From Candidatus Omnitrophota bacterium (GTDB lineage: Bacteria; Omnitrophota; Gorgyraeia; 2-01-FULL-45-10), in the NCBI GenBank assembly GCA_030695905.1, contig JAUYOL010000007.1, positions 6,604-70,603 of the forward strand: a DNA stretch of 64,000 nt, read 5' to 3'. How positions within the stretch are numbered: the first letter of the stretch is position 1; each line of letters starts with the position of its first letter. Below the pieces are notes generated by a model. That model made no database searches and was not told the DNA's origin. It saw only the letters and a program-made list of their open reading frames with translations. Positions 1 through 10,417 of the stretch are shown here, piece by piece. The position numbers were made by a program, and so were the translations under genes.

Positions 1-29
1 AAGTGCGGATAATTTTTCACTTCTAGACC

Positions 30-57
30 TTGTCAAAATGGATTTATATGGTAAACT
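30..57 (+). promoter_or_regulatory. sigma70-type promoter (TTGTCA-N16-TAAACT, extended -10 TG)
   Basis: Consensus-like hexamers upstream of SD GGAGG and the ATG at 126. Confidence 0.5.
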
Positions 58-125
58 CTATACTGTATAAAAGTATCTTGTTATATCCATTATTTGATTA
101 AAGGTAAAGAAAGGGAGGTGTCACG

Positions 126-800
126 ATGGACAGATTGGCTTTAATAGTTGCCGATCCTGTGAAGGCGATGTTGATCAAGGTATGGAGTTATATCCCTACC
201 ATGCTGGGCGCTATCGTAATATTGGTAGTTGGTTGGATAATAGCGAAGTTTGTTGAGGCTATAGTGGTAAGGGCATTGAAGGCAGCCCGTCTCGATGTAA
301 TAAGTGATAAGGCAGGCGTCGCTAATATGCTCGCGCAGGGCGAAATAAAGTGGACGCTCTCAGAGCTTCTAGGAGTTATAGTATATTGGATAGTGATGTT
401 AGCCGTTTTAGCGGCATCTCTCAACGCTTTGAACCTTACGGTTGCAAGCGATTTACTGGCAAGACTTGTTGCGTATATACCTAATATAATCGTAGCTATA
501 TTCGCTCTTGTGCTCGGGTCGTTTCTGGCGAGCTTTGTCGGAGGAATAGTACGCACCGCTGCCAGCAATGCTGGAGTGGGCAATGCGAAGTTATTGGCTA
601 AGATTACTCAGGCCATACTTATAATATTCGCGGTAATTATTGCTATCGAGCAGCTCGGAATAGCGACTGCATTCATAGCTTTTGCGGTCAATATTATTTT
701 AGCGTCGATCGGTTTGGCCCTGGCCCTTTCGTTTGGCCTAGGCTGTAAAGACATAGCCGCTAAGGCGATGGGTGATTTGCTGAATAAGGTGAAGAAGTAA
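126..800 (+). CDS. Small-conductance mechanosensitive-channel-related membrane protein (CmpX-like, two TM_helix repeats)
   Basis: Two YIP..(L/V)..AI.IL/AL..G repeats, highly hydrophobic, LSFGLG near C-terminus; SD GGAGG. Confidence 0.8.
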   Translation: MDRLALIVADPVKAMLIKVWSYIPTMLGAIVILVVGWIIAKFVEAIVVRALKAARLDVISDKAGVANMLAQGEIKWTLSELLGVIVYWIVMLAVLAASLNALNLTVASDLLARLVAYIPNIIVAIFALVLGSFLASFVGGIVRTAASNAGVGNAKLLAKITQAILIIFAVIIAIEQLGIATAFIAFAVNIILASIGLALALSFGLGCKDIAAKAMGDLLNKVKK

Positions 801-823
801 GCATAATAGAATAGTTCGTTTCC

Positions 824-858
824 AAGAGGCGCTTCGTAAGAAGCGCCTCTTTGTTTTT
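824..858 (+). terminator. Rho-independent terminator
   Basis: 12-bp stem AAGAGGCGCTTC/GAAGCGCCTCTT, GTAA loop, T-tract. Confidence 0.85.
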
Positions 859-904
859 ATCAGTATTTATGCTACAATAGCCTCTCTTAAAATAGGAGCG
901 GATA

Positions 905-1654
905 ATGAAGAAACTTGTGTTGTTGCGGCACGGGGAGAGCACCTGGAACAAGGAGAACCGGTTTACGGGATGGACGGATGTCGATCTGTCGGAAAAAGGT
1001 TTGGTTGAAGCAAAGAAGGCCGGACAGACGCTTAAGAAAGAAGGATTCGAATTCGATGTAGCTTATACATCTGTATTAAAGAGAGCGATAAGGACGCTGT
1101 GGATTGCGCTCGACCAGATGGACCTGATGTGGATACCTGTGTATAACTCATGGCGGCTTAATGAACGCCATTATGGCGCGCTGCAGGGGTTGAATAAGTC
1201 GGAGACAGCGGCGAAGTACGGCGAGAAGCAGGTCCTTATATGGAGACGCAGCTATGATGTCCCGCCATCACCCCTTGAAAAGACTGATCCCAGATATCCC
1301 GGTAATGATCCAAGATACAAAGACCTTGCCAAAAAAGATATACCCGCCACAGAATGTCTTAAAGATACGGTCGCGAGATTTCTTCCTTACTGGCACGAGA
1401 CGATAGCGCCTGCGGTCAAATCCGGCAAGCGCGTGATAATAGCCGCGCATGGAAACAGTCTAAGAGCGCTGGTAAAATATCTCGATAACATATCGGATAA
1501 AAACATCGTCGGATTAAACATACCGACGGGCTTACCGCTTGTGTATGAGCTCGATGATAATCTTAAACCGTTGAAAAATTATTATTTAGGCGATCCGGAA
1601 GAAGTAAAAAAAGCCATGGATGCCGTGGCAAATCAGGGAAAGGCTAAAAAGTAA
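905..1654 (+). CDS. gpmA: 2,3-bisphosphoglycerate-dependent phosphoglycerate mutase
   Basis: LLRHGES catalytic motif, [14 protein letters not shown]. Confidence 0.97.
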   Translation: MKKLVLLRHGESTWNKENRFTGWTDVDLSEKGLVEAKKAGQTLKKEGFEFDVAYTSVLKRAIRTLWIALDQMDLMWIPVYNSWRLNERHYGALQGLNKSETAAKYGEKQVLIWRRSYDVPPSPLEKTDPRYPGNDPRYKDLAKKDIPATECLKDTVARFLPYWHETIAPAVKSGKRVIIAAHGNSLRALVKYLDNISDKNIVGLNIPTGLPLVYELDDNLKPLKNYYLGDPEEVKKAMDAVANQGKAKK

Positions 1655-1655
1655 A

Positions 1656-3230
1656 ATGGTTAAAATAAAAAGGGCACTGATAAGCGTTTCTGACAAAGCT
1701 GGATTAGGGGAACTTGTAAAGATTTTGAAAAAGTACAATGTCGAGATTTTGTCTACCGGCGGCACGGCAAAGATGATACGGGATCTTGGAATACCGGCGA
1801 AAGATGTTTCCGAACATACCGGTTTTCCTGAAATGCTGGACGGCAGAGTCAAGACGCTGCATCCAAAAGTGCACGGGGCCCTGCTTGCTCTGCGTGAAAA
1901 CGAAGAGCATATGCAGACAGTAAAGAAGTACGAGATAGGCCTCATAGATATGGTAGTGGTAAATTTGTACCCTTTTGAGAAGACCGTGGCCAAGCCCGGA
2001 GTTAAGCTGGAAGAGGCGATAGAGAATATAGATATCGGCGGGCCGTCGATGTTAAGGAGCGCCGCGAAAAATCACAAGTCAGTTTGCGTAGTATGCGACC
2101 CGAACGACTATGGGCGCGTTATCGCGGAGATGGAGAAGAATTCAGGCAGTATTTCAGAGCCGCTTCTCATAGAATTAGGAAAGAAGGTATTTGCCAGGAC
2201 GTCAACATATGACGCAGCTATTTATAAATATCTTAATGAGCCGGGAACTGGTAACCAGGAACAGGGAGAGGGGTTCCCGCAAGACTTAAATTTAAAATTT
2301 AAAAAAATACAGGATCTGCGGTATGGGGAAAATCCTCATCAAAAGGCGGCGTTTTATCAAGGTGAGTCTGTGGATGAACCCAGTATATCGAATGCGGTAC
2401 AGCTGCATGGCAAAGAACTATCGTTTAATAATATCATAGACCTGAATGCGGCATTGGAGATAGTCAAGGAATTCGAAGATCCGGCCGCGACGATAATAAA
2501 ACACACAAATCCGTGCGGCACCGCGACGGCAAAGACACTCGCGAAAGCGTATATAGACGCTCTTGACAGCGACCGATTAAGCGCTTTCGGAAGTATTGTA
2601 GGATTCAATAGGCCGGTTGACACAGAGCTTGCCCAAACGATACTTAAAGAAGCGGATTTCGTCGAATGTATAATAGCGCCATCCTATGAAGCAAAGGCGC
2701 TCGAAGCGCTTAAGGTGAAGAAGAATTTAAGGCTGATCGAAGTGAAGAATTTCGGCGCGAAAGTCACAAAGTTCGATAAAGACATGAAGAAAGTTGTCGG
2801 CGGCCTTCTCGTTCAGGATAGGGATGTTGCCCATGTGAAAGAGTCTGATTTAAAAGTTGTCACAAAAGTTAAGCCCACCGTTGAACAGTTGAAGAGCCTT
2901 ATGTTCGGTTGGGTGGTCGCGAAGCATGTTAAATCTAATGCCATCGTATTGTGCCAGGGAACGAAGACTGTCGGAGTGGGTGCGGGGCAGATGTCGAGAG
3001 TGGTATCGGTTACTATAGCCGCTGAAAAAGCGGGTGAGCGCTCAAAAGGCTCTGTGCTCGCAAGCGACGCGTTTTTCCCGAAAGAAGACGGCATAGAGCA
3101 GGCCCATAAGGCGGGCGTCAAAGCGATAATACAGCCCGGTGGGTCGATACGCGACAATGAAGTCGTCGCGATGGCGGATAAATTGGGCATAGCAATGGTC
3201 TTTACCGGAATGCGCCATTTTAAACACTAA
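1656..3230 (+). CDS. purH: Bifunctional AICAR transformylase/IMP cyclohydrolase
   Basis: RALISVSDK, GRVKTLHP, DIGGPSM, RYGENPHQ, MRHFKH; start moved to ATG 1656 just after the gpmA stop. Confidence 0.97.
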   Translation: MVKIKRALISVSDKAGLGELVKILKKYNVEILSTGGTAKMIRDLGIPAKDVSEHTGFPEMLDGRVKTLHPKVHGALLALRENEEHMQTVKKYEIGLIDMVVVNLYPFEKTVAKPGVKLEEAIENIDIGGPSMLRSAAKNHKSVCVVCDPNDYGRVIAEMEKNSGSISEPLLIELGKKVFARTSTYDAAIYKYLNEPGTGNQEQGEGFPQDLNLKFKKIQDLRYGENPHQKAAFYQGESVDEPSISNAVQLHGKELSFNNIIDLNAALEIVKEFEDPAATIIKHTNPCGTATAKTLAKAYIDALDSDRLSAFGSIVGFNRPVDTELAQTILKEADFVECIIAPSYEAKALEALKVKKNLRLIEVKNFGAKVTKFDKDMKKVVGGLLVQDRDVAHVKESDLKVVTKVKPTVEQLKSLMFGWVVAKHVKSNAIVLCQGTKTVGVGAGQMSRVVSVTIAAEKAGERSKGSVLASDAFFPKEDGIEQAHKAGVKAIIQPGGSIRDNEVVAMADKLGIAMVFTGMRHFKH

Positions 3231-3231
3231 G

Positions 3232-4581
3232 ATGATATATCAAGAAGCATTGTTATATCTCGAGAGTTTCGTTAATTACGAGAAGATAGATAGTTATGAT
3301 TATAGATCTTCGTTGAAACTCGAAAAGATGAAACGTTTCGCGGCCCTTCTCGGTGATCCGCAAAATCATACCAGGTCTATCCACGTGGCAGGGACAAAGG
3401 GTAAAGGGTCCACCGCCGCTTTTATATATTCTATTTTAAGTAACGCCGGTTTTAAAGTGGGCCTATATACTTCGCCGCACCTGGTGGATTTTCGCGAGAG
3501 AATCAGGATAAACGGCGAACTCATAAGCGAAGAAGATCTCTCGTCTATCTTAGACAAGATCCGTAATATCGTGGAAAACTATATGAAGGATGATCGCCCT
3601 TCATTTTTCGAAGTATATACAGCCCTCGCCTATCTTTATTTCAAGGATAAAAAATGCGATTTTGCTGTTTATGAGGTCGGCTTAGGCGGAAGGCTCGACG
3701 CGACGAATTTAATAGAGCCTCTCGTATGTGTTATAACACCCCTAAGCTATGAGCATATGGATAAGCTGGGTAATACACTGGAAGAGATAGCGTCGGAAAA
3801 ATGCGGAATAATAAAATCCGGTTCGATATGCGTATCAGCGCCTCAGGATGCCCGGGCACTTAAAATAATAGAGAAGACGTGCGATGAAAGAGGGTCTCGT
3901 CTAATTTTAGTAGGCAGGGATATTATTTTTAAAGAAATAAGCTATAACGATACCGGAGAGGTTTTTGATATATATGGCGCATCATATGAATATCACAACC
4001 TTAAGTCGCGCCTTTTAGGTGCGCACCAGATTATCAATGCCGCCACAGCGATAGGCGTTATAGAGTCATTGAAGGCGCGCGGAGTTAATATTTCCGAAGA
4101 TGCTGTCAAAGGGGGCGTTGAAGCCGCGAAGTGGGATGGGCGGCTGGAAGTATTAGGCAAGAACCCGTATATTGTGCTGGATGGCGCGCAGAACAAGGCA
4201 AGTGCCGGTTGTTTGGCGGATGCCGTAAAAAAAGTATTTAAATACAGGAAGCTTATCCTTGTTTTAGGGGTATCGAAGGATAAGGACTTAATGGGTATCC
4301 TGGGCGAATTGATGCCTATAAGCGATTCAGCAATATTTACAAAATCCAGCATAGTCGCAAGGGCGATGGAGCCGGAAAAGATAATAGAGGCCGCCAGAAA
4401 AATAGATAGTGATATGGAAAATATTACGACGGCCTCGAGCGTTAAAGAAGCGCTTGATAAGGCACTGTCGAGCGCGGATAAGAGAGACCTTATTCTTGTC
4501 ACGGGATCGCTATTTGTTGTCGGAGAGGCCAAGTCTTATTTAGCGGAAGAAAGAACTGTTGAATGCACAAAAATACAATAG
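3232..4581 (+). CDS. folC: Folylpolyglutamate synthase/dihydrofolate synthase
   Basis: HVAGTKGKGST, YTSPHL..RERI, EVGLGGRLDATN, VTGSLFVVG. Confidence 0.95.
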   Translation: MIYQEALLYLESFVNYEKIDSYDYRSSLKLEKMKRFAALLGDPQNHTRSIHVAGTKGKGSTAAFIYSILSNAGFKVGLYTSPHLVDFRERIRINGELISEEDLSSILDKIRNIVENYMKDDRPSFFEVYTALAYLYFKDKKCDFAVYEVGLGGRLDATNLIEPLVCVITPLSYEHMDKLGNTLEEIASEKCGIIKSGSICVSAPQDARALKIIEKTCDERGSRLILVGRDIIFKEISYNDTGEVFDIYGASYEYHNLKSRLLGAHQIINAATAIGVIESLKARGVNISEDAVKGGVEAAKWDGRLEVLGKNPYIVLDGAQNKASAGCLADAVKKVFKYRKLILVLGVSKDKDLMGILGELMPISDSAIFTKSSIVARAMEPEKIIEAARKIDSDMENITTASSVKEALDKALSSADKRDLILVTGSLFVVGEAKSYLAEERTVECTKIQ

Positions 4582-6002
4582 ACGATACTATCGTCGCGCC
4601 GGCTACACCCATAGGTGAGGGAGGGATAGGCATAGTCCGCATAAGCGGCGGCAAAGCGCTCGAAATAGCGGACAAGATATTTGTTCCGAAAAATGGTAAA
4701 AAACCGTCAGAGGGCGAGTTTTACACGATTCATTATGGACATATTATACACCGCCGCGGTGTAGTTGTAGAAAATCATATGACACCGCCGCGGTGTACGG
4801 CAAATGACGAAATCGTCGACGAAGTCTTGCTCACCGTTATGAGAGCCCCAAAGAGCTATACTAAGGAAGACGTAATAGAGATAAATTGCCATGGCGGGAT
4901 TCAGGCGGTGAAGAATGTGCTCGATCTCGCGGTAAAACTCGGCGCGAGGCTGGCCGAGCCGGGAGAATTCACGAAGAGAGCTTTTTTAAACGGGAGGATA
5001 GACCTTATTCAGGCGGAAGCGGTTTTGGACGTGATAAGAGCAAAGACGGAAGGTTCGTTAAAGGCCGCATTGGGTCAATTGGACGGGAAATTGTCGAAAG
5101 ACCTGTCCATCATTCTCGACGGTCTGGTCGATATAGCGTCACATATAGAAGCGGCGATAGATTTTCCGGATGAACAATTGGATATAATAAAAGAAGAGGG
5201 CCTTGCCGGCAAGGTAAAGGAGTTGACGGGTAGGGTTAAAGGCCTGGTAGAAAGTTTTGGCGAAGGAGTTGTTCTGCGCGAAGGTGTTCTTGCCGTCATC
5301 TGCGGCAAACCCAATGTGGGCAAATCGAGCCTTATGAATCTTTTGCTAAAAAGAGATAGATGTTTAGTCGCGCCCATACCAGGGACGACCAGAGACGCGG
5401 TAGAGGAGATGATAAATATAAAAGGCGTTCCTATCCGTCTCGCTGATACCGCGGGTATCGGGGCGGTAAAAGACGCGCTGTATGAGGCCAGCGCCGGTAA
5501 AAGCAGATCTTATATAGAGCGTTCCGATATAGTATTACTTATGCTTGATGCTTCATCGCAGATCAGCGAAGAGGATATATCTATCATAAGGCTTACCGAA
5601 AGCAGGAAGAAGATAGTTATAATAAATAAGACCGATATAGGTAAAAAAATAAATAAGAAAAGTATAGCCGGCTTATTTAAAAATGATGTTATAATAGAAA
5701 TGTCGGTGGAGAAGAATAAAAATATAGAACTTTTAGAAGGCGCTATTCTCGATTCCATATATAGCGGTAAATTTACTCAAGGAGAGAGCTCGCTTGTCAC
5801 GAATGCCAGACATAAAGAGCTTCTGGATAAGGCGCTCGAAAATATGACATCGGCTGACAGGCTCATTAAAGAAGGCTCCCATCCAGAGCTGATAGCCGTC
5901 GATCTTAAAGAAGCTATATTTAATATCGGCTTGATAGCAGGTAAATCGGTTTCGGATGATATATTGGACAGGATATTTGAAAATTTCTGTATAGGGAAGT
6001 GA
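4563..6002 (+). CDS. mnmE: tRNA modification GTPase MnmE
   Basis: DTIVAPATP, GEFTKRAFLNGRIDL, GKPNVGKSS, GTTRD, DTAG, NKTD, C-terminal FCIGK. Confidence 0.96.
   Translation: MHKNTIDDTIVAPATPIGEGGIGIVRISGGKALEIADKIFVPKNGKKPSEGEFYTIHYGHIIHRRGVVVENHMTPPRCTANDEIVDEVLLTVMRAPKSYTKEDVIEINCHGGIQAVKNVLDLAVKLGARLAEPGEFTKRAFLNGRIDLIQAEAVLDVIRAKTEGSLKAALGQLDGKLSKDLSIILDGLVDIASHIEAAIDFPDEQLDIIKEEGLAGKVKELTGRVKGLVESFGEGVVLREGVLAVICGKPNVGKSSLMNLLLKRDRCLVAPIPGTTRDAVEEMINIKGVPIRLADTAGIGAVKDALYEASAGKSRSYIERSDIVLLMLDASSQISEEDISIIRLTESRKKIVIINKTDIGKKINKKSIAGLFKNDVIIEMSVEKNKNIELLEGAILDSIYSGKFTQGESSLVTNARHKELLDKALENMTSADRLIKEGSHPELIAVDLKEAIFNIGLIAGKSVSDDILDRIFENFCIGK
4747..4797. repeat. Two direct copies of the hairpin ACACCGCCGCGGTGTA inside mnmE
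   Basis: Identical 16-mers at 4748-4763 and 4782-4797; TACACCG/CGGTGTA inverted arms. Confidence 0.85.
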
Positions 6003-6061
6003 TTCGCTAATATGGTTAGCTTATTAAAGCGCGAAGCAGAATGAACAAGAAGGGATAGGCG

Positions 6062-6619
6062 ATGGATAAAAAAAAGATAGAGAAGGCTGTAAGGGATATC
6101 TTGGTCGCCGTCGGAGAAAATCCGGCACGGCGCGATATAAAGGATACTCCAAGAAGAGTTGCCGAAATGTATGAGGAGATACTGGAAGGCTATGAGCTCG
6201 ATCCGGAAAAAGAGCTGGAAGTAATATTCGAGAAAGACCATGATGAGATAATACTGCTGAAAAATATACCATTTTATTCAATATGCGAACATCACCTTGC
6301 CCCTTTCATAGGAAAAGCGCATGTAGCCTATATACCGAGCAACAATAGAGTGACCGGCTTAAGCAAGCTGGCAAGAGTAGTCGATATATACGCGAAAAGG
6401 CTTCAGGTGCAGGAGAGAATAACAACAGATATCGCCGATATCATAATGAAGAAGCTTAAGCCCAAAGGTGTTATGGTCATAATAGAGGCGGAGCATATGT
6501 GTATGTCTATGCGCGGCGTAAAAAAGCCCGGAGTTATGACAATAACCAGCGCCGTAAGAGGAACATTCAGAAGGAACGAGAAGACCAGGGCGGAGGCGAT
6601 GGCCCTGATCAGAGGGTAG
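6062..6619 (+). CDS. folE: GTP cyclohydrolase I
   Basis: [34 protein letters not shown]. Confidence 0.97.
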   Translation: MDKKKIEKAVRDILVAVGENPARRDIKDTPRRVAEMYEEILEGYELDPEKELEVIFEKDHDEIILLKNIPFYSICEHHLAPFIGKAHVAYIPSNNRVTGLSKLARVVDIYAKRLQVQERITTDIADIIMKKLKPKGVMVIIEAEHMCMSMRGVKKPGVMTITSAVRGTFRRNEKTRAEAMALIRG

Positions 6620-6632
6620 CGGCCTATTAGTG

Positions 6633-6661
6633 TTGAATATAATGCCTCAATATAATATAAT
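6633..6661 (+). promoter_or_regulatory. sigma70-type promoter (TTGAAT-N17-TATAAT)
   Basis: Near-consensus hexamers ending 11 nt before ATG 6673. Confidence 0.5.
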
Positions 6662-6672
6662 GATACCCCATT

Positions 6673-7122
6673 ATGTATAACGACCTGGTAGAATTCAGTA
6701 AAAATTATATATTCGGCACTACTGTGGCTGCGTGGCTGATAGCGCAGTCCATTAAGGTGGTGCTTGGCGTATTCAGGGAGAAGCGCTTCAACTTCAGGTG
6801 GTTTGTCGGCACGGGCGGTATGCCAAGCTCGCATGCGGCCGGTGTATCGGCGCTTGCGACCTCTATAGGGGTATCATACGGGTTTGATTCGGCCTTATTC
6901 GCGGTGACTCTTGTTTTTACGCTGATAGTGCTGTTTGACGCGCAGGGAGTCCGGTATTCAAACGGCAAGCAGGCGGAGATACTTAATAAGATGCTGGATG
7001 ATATATATTGGAAGAAGAAACTGGATAACCATGAGTTGAAGGAGTTTTTGGGCCATACGCCTGTTGAGGTTTTTGCCGGTATAGCGCTGGGCATAATCGT
7101 TTCACTTATGTTGTATAGGTAA
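6673..7122 (+). CDS. Divergent PAP2 family (DUF212) membrane protein
   Basis: GGMPSSH, DAQGVR, LKEFLGHTP.EV motifs. Confidence 0.9.
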   Translation: MYNDLVEFSKNYIFGTTVAAWLIAQSIKVVLGVFREKRFNFRWFVGTGGMPSSHAAGVSALATSIGVSYGFDSALFAVTLVFTLIVLFDAQGVRYSNGKQAEILNKMLDDIYWKKKLDNHELKEFLGHTPVEVFAGIALGIIVSLMLYR

Positions 7123-7132
7123 GGGGTAGTAA

Positions 7133-7981
7133 ATGCAAAAGAAAGTATTATTAATAATAACTTGTTCAGTGGTGGCTGTTATAGGTATTTTTATTGCGTG
7201 TAAAATACTGACCGCTTCTGTTAAGCCTTCAGCGAACTCGGCCGCGGGCGTGCCCGCGAGAATGGAGAAGGCGTCTAAAGAGGAAGCGGAGCTTTTTGAG
7301 CTTGCCTCAAGATATGAGCAGTCGGGAGATCTTTTAAATGTGCGTGATACATACCAGAAGATTATCGAAGAATTTCCCGGCTCGGATAATATCCAGAAAG
7401 CGCAGGAAGGATTAGAGGGCACAAACGTCCGCATTCTATTTTCTCCAATAGCTACGCCGGATTCTCTATCCTATGAAATTCAAAAAGGCGATACGCTGGC
7501 AAAGATAGCGAAGAAATTTTCAAATACACAGGATATGATACTGAAGGCAAATAACCTGAAAAACCCCAAGGTCGTGCCTTTAGGCAGGAAGATAAAGGTA
7601 CATAATGAAAAATTCAGCATAGTGGTGGATAAATCACAGAATATACTTACATTAAAATCCGGGGACAGGATAGTGAAGACATACCGGGTTTCGACCGGGC
7701 TTAATAATTCCACGCCGGTAGGGAATTTCAAGATAATCAACAAGATAGTGGACCCTCCATGGTATACGGCAGGCTCCGTAATACCTGCGGATAGCCCTAA
7801 AAATATACTTGGTTCAAGATGGCTGGGGATTTCCGCGCAAAGTTACGGTATTCACGGGACCACAGAACCCCAATCAATAGGTAAGCAGGTAACTTCAGGC
7901 TGCGTAAGGATGATAAATTCCGAGGTAGAGGAGTTGTATCAGATAGTTCCTGAAGGTACAGAAGTTGTTATAGTCGATTAA
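7133..7981 (+). CDS. L,D-transpeptidase (N-terminal anchor, TPR-like helix pair, LysM, YkuD)
   Basis: [16 protein letters not shown] LysM; YGIHGT...TSGCVRM catalytic His/Cys. Confidence 0.9.
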   Translation: MQKKVLLIITCSVVAVIGIFIACKILTASVKPSANSAAGVPARMEKASKEEAELFELASRYEQSGDLLNVRDTYQKIIEEFPGSDNIQKAQEGLEGTNVRILFSPIATPDSLSYEIQKGDTLAKIAKKFSNTQDMILKANNLKNPKVVPLGRKIKVHNEKFSIVVDKSQNILTLKSGDRIVKTYRVSTGLNNSTPVGNFKIINKIVDPPWYTAGSVIPADSPKNILGSRWLGISAQSYGIHGTTEPQSIGKQVTSGCVRMINSEVEELYQIVPEGTEVVIVD

Positions 7982-7991
7982 GGAGGTTTCC

Positions 7992-8960
7992 TTGGCCACT
8001 CATATGCCGGGGCTTGACTTCGAAAAACCCATAATAGAATTAGAGAGAAAGATCGAAGAGCTCAAAGGCTTTACGACCCGCGAAGATCTTGATATGTCCG
8101 GAGAACTTAAGAAGCTCGAGTCGAAGCTCGTCCAGATAAAGAAGGACGTCTATGAAAACCTTACTCCGTGGCAGAGGGTCCAGCTTGCGCGTCATCCAAA
8201 GAGGCCGTATACGCTCGATTATATAGAGATGCTCATGACCGATTTTATGGAGATACATGGCGATAGGCATTTCGCCGATGACAAAGCCCTTATCGGCGGA
8301 CTGGCCACATTGAATGGCAATAAAATAATGGTCATGGGGCACCAGAAGGGCAGAGATACAAAGGAAAATCTTGTAAGAAATTTTGGCAGCGCCCATCCTG
8401 AAGGTTACAGGAAGGCCATGAGGCTCATGAATATGGCCGAGAAATTTTCATTGCCGGTAGTAGCTTTTATAGATACCCCCGGCGCGTATCCGGGCATAGG
8501 CGCTGAGGAAAGGGGCCAGGCGGAGGCTATAGCGTATAATTTGCGTGAGATGGCAAGTCTGCAAACCCCCATATTAGTGTTTGTTATAGGGGAAGGCGGT
8601 TCGGGCGGAGCGTTAGGCATAGGAGTGGGTGACAGGATCTATGTATTGGAAAATGCCTATTATTCGGTCATATCGCCCGAGGGATGCGCAGCCATATTGT
8701 GGAAAGAGCGTACGCGCTCGCCGGATGCCGCAAAGAGCCTGAAGCTTACAGCTAAAGATTTGCTCGAGATGCATATAATAGACGGCATGATAAAAGAACC
8801 ACTGGGCGGAGCGCACAGGAATCCCCAGGAAGTCGCGCAAAATATAAGATCCGCCATAAAAAAAGACATCGATGATCTGAAGAAGATACCCAAGGCGAAA
8901 CTCGTGGAAATGCGTTATGAAAAGTTCAGGTCTATGGGTGTCTTCAGTGAAACAAAATAA
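7992..8960 (+). CDS. accA: Acetyl-CoA carboxylase carboxyltransferase alpha subunit
   Basis: [32 protein letters not shown]; TTG start after AAGGAGG. Confidence 0.97.
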   Translation: MATHMPGLDFEKPIIELERKIEELKGFTTREDLDMSGELKKLESKLVQIKKDVYENLTPWQRVQLARHPKRPYTLDYIEMLMTDFMEIHGDRHFADDKALIGGLATLNGNKIMVMGHQKGRDTKENLVRNFGSAHPEGYRKAMRLMNMAEKFSLPVVAFIDTPGAYPGIGAEERGQAEAIAYNLREMASLQTPILVFVIGEGGSGGALGIGVGDRIYVLENAYYSVISPEGCAAILWKERTRSPDAAKSLKLTAKDLLEMHIIDGMIKEPLGGAHRNPQEVAQNIRSAIKKDIDDLKKIPKAKLVEMRYEKFRSMGVFSETK

Positions 8961-8983
8961 GTTTTTTTGTAGTAAGTTATGAT

Positions 8984-9057
8984 GGGGCTGTGGTGAAGAG
9001 GGATCATATCACAATGGCATTGTGAGGTCACGAGTTCGATTCTCGTCAGCTCCACCA
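8984..9057 (+). tRNA. tRNA-Ala(GGC)
   Basis: Acceptor GGGGCTG/CAGCTCC with G3.U70, anticodon arm TCACA-ATGGCAT-TGTGA (A32-U38), GTTCGA T-loop, encoded CCA. Confidence 0.93.
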
Positions 9058-9092
9058 CTCATTTAACCTCGAACCAGAGAGGTAGAGAATAT

Positions 9093-9132
9093 AAGAAAGT
9101 AGCCGACGTTTAAACGTCGGCTACTTTCTTTT
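9093..9132. terminator. Bidirectional terminator-like perfect palindrome
   Basis: 38-bp perfect palindrome AAGAAAGTAGCCGACGTTT/AAACGTCGGCTACTTTCTT between converging units. Confidence 0.75.
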
Positions 9133-9157
9133 GATTTGTCGTTGAGATAATTCAAAA

Positions 9158-9218
9158 TGTCCCGTTAATTGTAGGGGATATTTAAATGCCCCCTACAATT
9201 GAGTTAGCGTGCGGGACA
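9158..9218. repeat. GTAG-type REP-like palindrome
   Basis: AATTGTAGGGG...CCCCTACAATT stem with ATTTAAAT core, outer TGTCCCG/CGGGACA arms. Confidence 0.65.
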
Positions 9219-9366
9219 GGTCAATATCCAGCCAAAAACTCCTCTCGTTACCTCTCTTTATCTCTGGTTTACTTTTTGGGTGGTTTAGTGCTTTTCTCGT
9301 CAGATACGAGCATATTTCGAGATATTATCAGAGCCAAAATAATGACTAAACCACTTATTCTTAAGA

Positions 9367-9963
9367 TCAGATCTTTTTCTTTTCTTTATCAATCCTTCTT
9401 AGTATAACTTCTCGTGATACCACAAAATCTCGGGCCAATAACTCAACGATTCTATCCATAGCGACGGCCTCATTTTTAATACCCAGGGCTTTAATCTGTT
9501 TTGAATGATGTTTTATCCTCTTCTCTAGGTGATGGCTTGATACGAGTATTAAACCTGCGAATTGATTTGCTTGCCACTCAAGCCAAGACCATTCATTTTC
9601 CGGAAAGGTCTCCATGAAATCTTTCCAATCTCCGGTCGTATTGAACCCGCGATGCCTATAAACACCTTCATGCATAATGGCATGGCCTACCTCATGGGCG
9701 AGGGTAAAGCGGTAGCGGCCTTGCCTGTGTTTATAAACATATTCATCCACGGAAATGTTTGATAGATCCGATGATATAAAGCCGTCGATTTCTATGATTT
9801 CATGGAGCCCGGGAATAGGGATGATATCAATACCGAGTTTAAATTCCACTATCTCTTCGATAGGCGTAGGGTAGGCATCTTTTGGATGGTATTTATGCAG
9901 GAAATCTGCCGCTACTTTCTCTATATGATCGTGATTTTTATAAGGAACAAAAACGTCATCCAC
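9367..9963 (-). CDS. ImmA/IrrE-family Zn metallopeptidase
   Basis: RYRFTLAHEVGH (HExxH) and EWQANQFAGLIL motifs. Confidence 0.9.
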   Translation of the reverse strand: MDDVFVPYKNHDHIEKVAADFLHKYHPKDAYPTPIEEIVEFKLGIDIIPIPGLHEIIEIDGFISSDLSNISVDEYVYKHRQGRYRFTLAHEVGHAIMHEGVYRHRGFNTTGDWKDFMETFPENEWSWLEWQANQFAGLILVSSHHLEKRIKHHSKQIKALGIKNEAVAMDRIVELLARDFVVSREVILRRIDKEKKKI

Positions 9964-9965
9964 TC

Positions 9966-10334
9966 TTATGATTCCTTAATTAATTTTATCAGCTTATCAA
10001 GCTTCTCTTTTGTTATCTTTTTCCCTCTAATGGTGCGGAATAAGAAAGGCATCCTCGCCACGATCTCTTTTTCTCTAAGCTCCTTCGGTAACCGGCCAGA
10101 TTCCGCCGCTGCGCGATCAAAAAATTCATACCACTCATCCGACGCCTCTTTTAATTTGAGATAATGAGCGTATTTTTTCAGTATCTCATCTTTGGGCGGC
10201 GGTAGTACACCTCTCTCGACCTTACTTAAATTTCCAGGATCAATGCCATGGTCTTCGCAGAATTTGCGTAGTGTTAAACCCAGCTTTATTCTTCTTTCCT
10301 TAAAATATGAGCCGAATGTTTTCCGTTCATCCAT
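9966..10334 (-). CDS. XRE-family helix-turn-helix regulator
   Basis: FGSYFKERRIKLGLTLRKF...GNLSKVERG..PP. Confidence 0.88.
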   Translation of the reverse strand: MDERKTFGSYFKERRIKLGLTLRKFCEDHGIDPGNLSKVERGVLPPPKDEILKKYAHYLKLKEASDEWYEFFDRAAAESGRLPKELREKEIVARMPFLFRTIRGKKITKEKLDKLIKLIKES

Positions 10335-10417
10335 TTTAGTTACCCCCTATTTGTATATATTAAGTATATCATGTAGTAATAAAAATACAACACATAAATA
10401 CAAAAATTTATTTTTTA

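Noticed and set aside
1620-1655. Longer purH N-terminus from the ORF track
   Set aside because: Overlaps gpmA; homology starts at ATG 1656.
9186-9407. 73-aa plus-strand ORF
   Set aside because: Starts inside a REP-like hairpin, overlaps the ImmA gene end and has no recognisable features.
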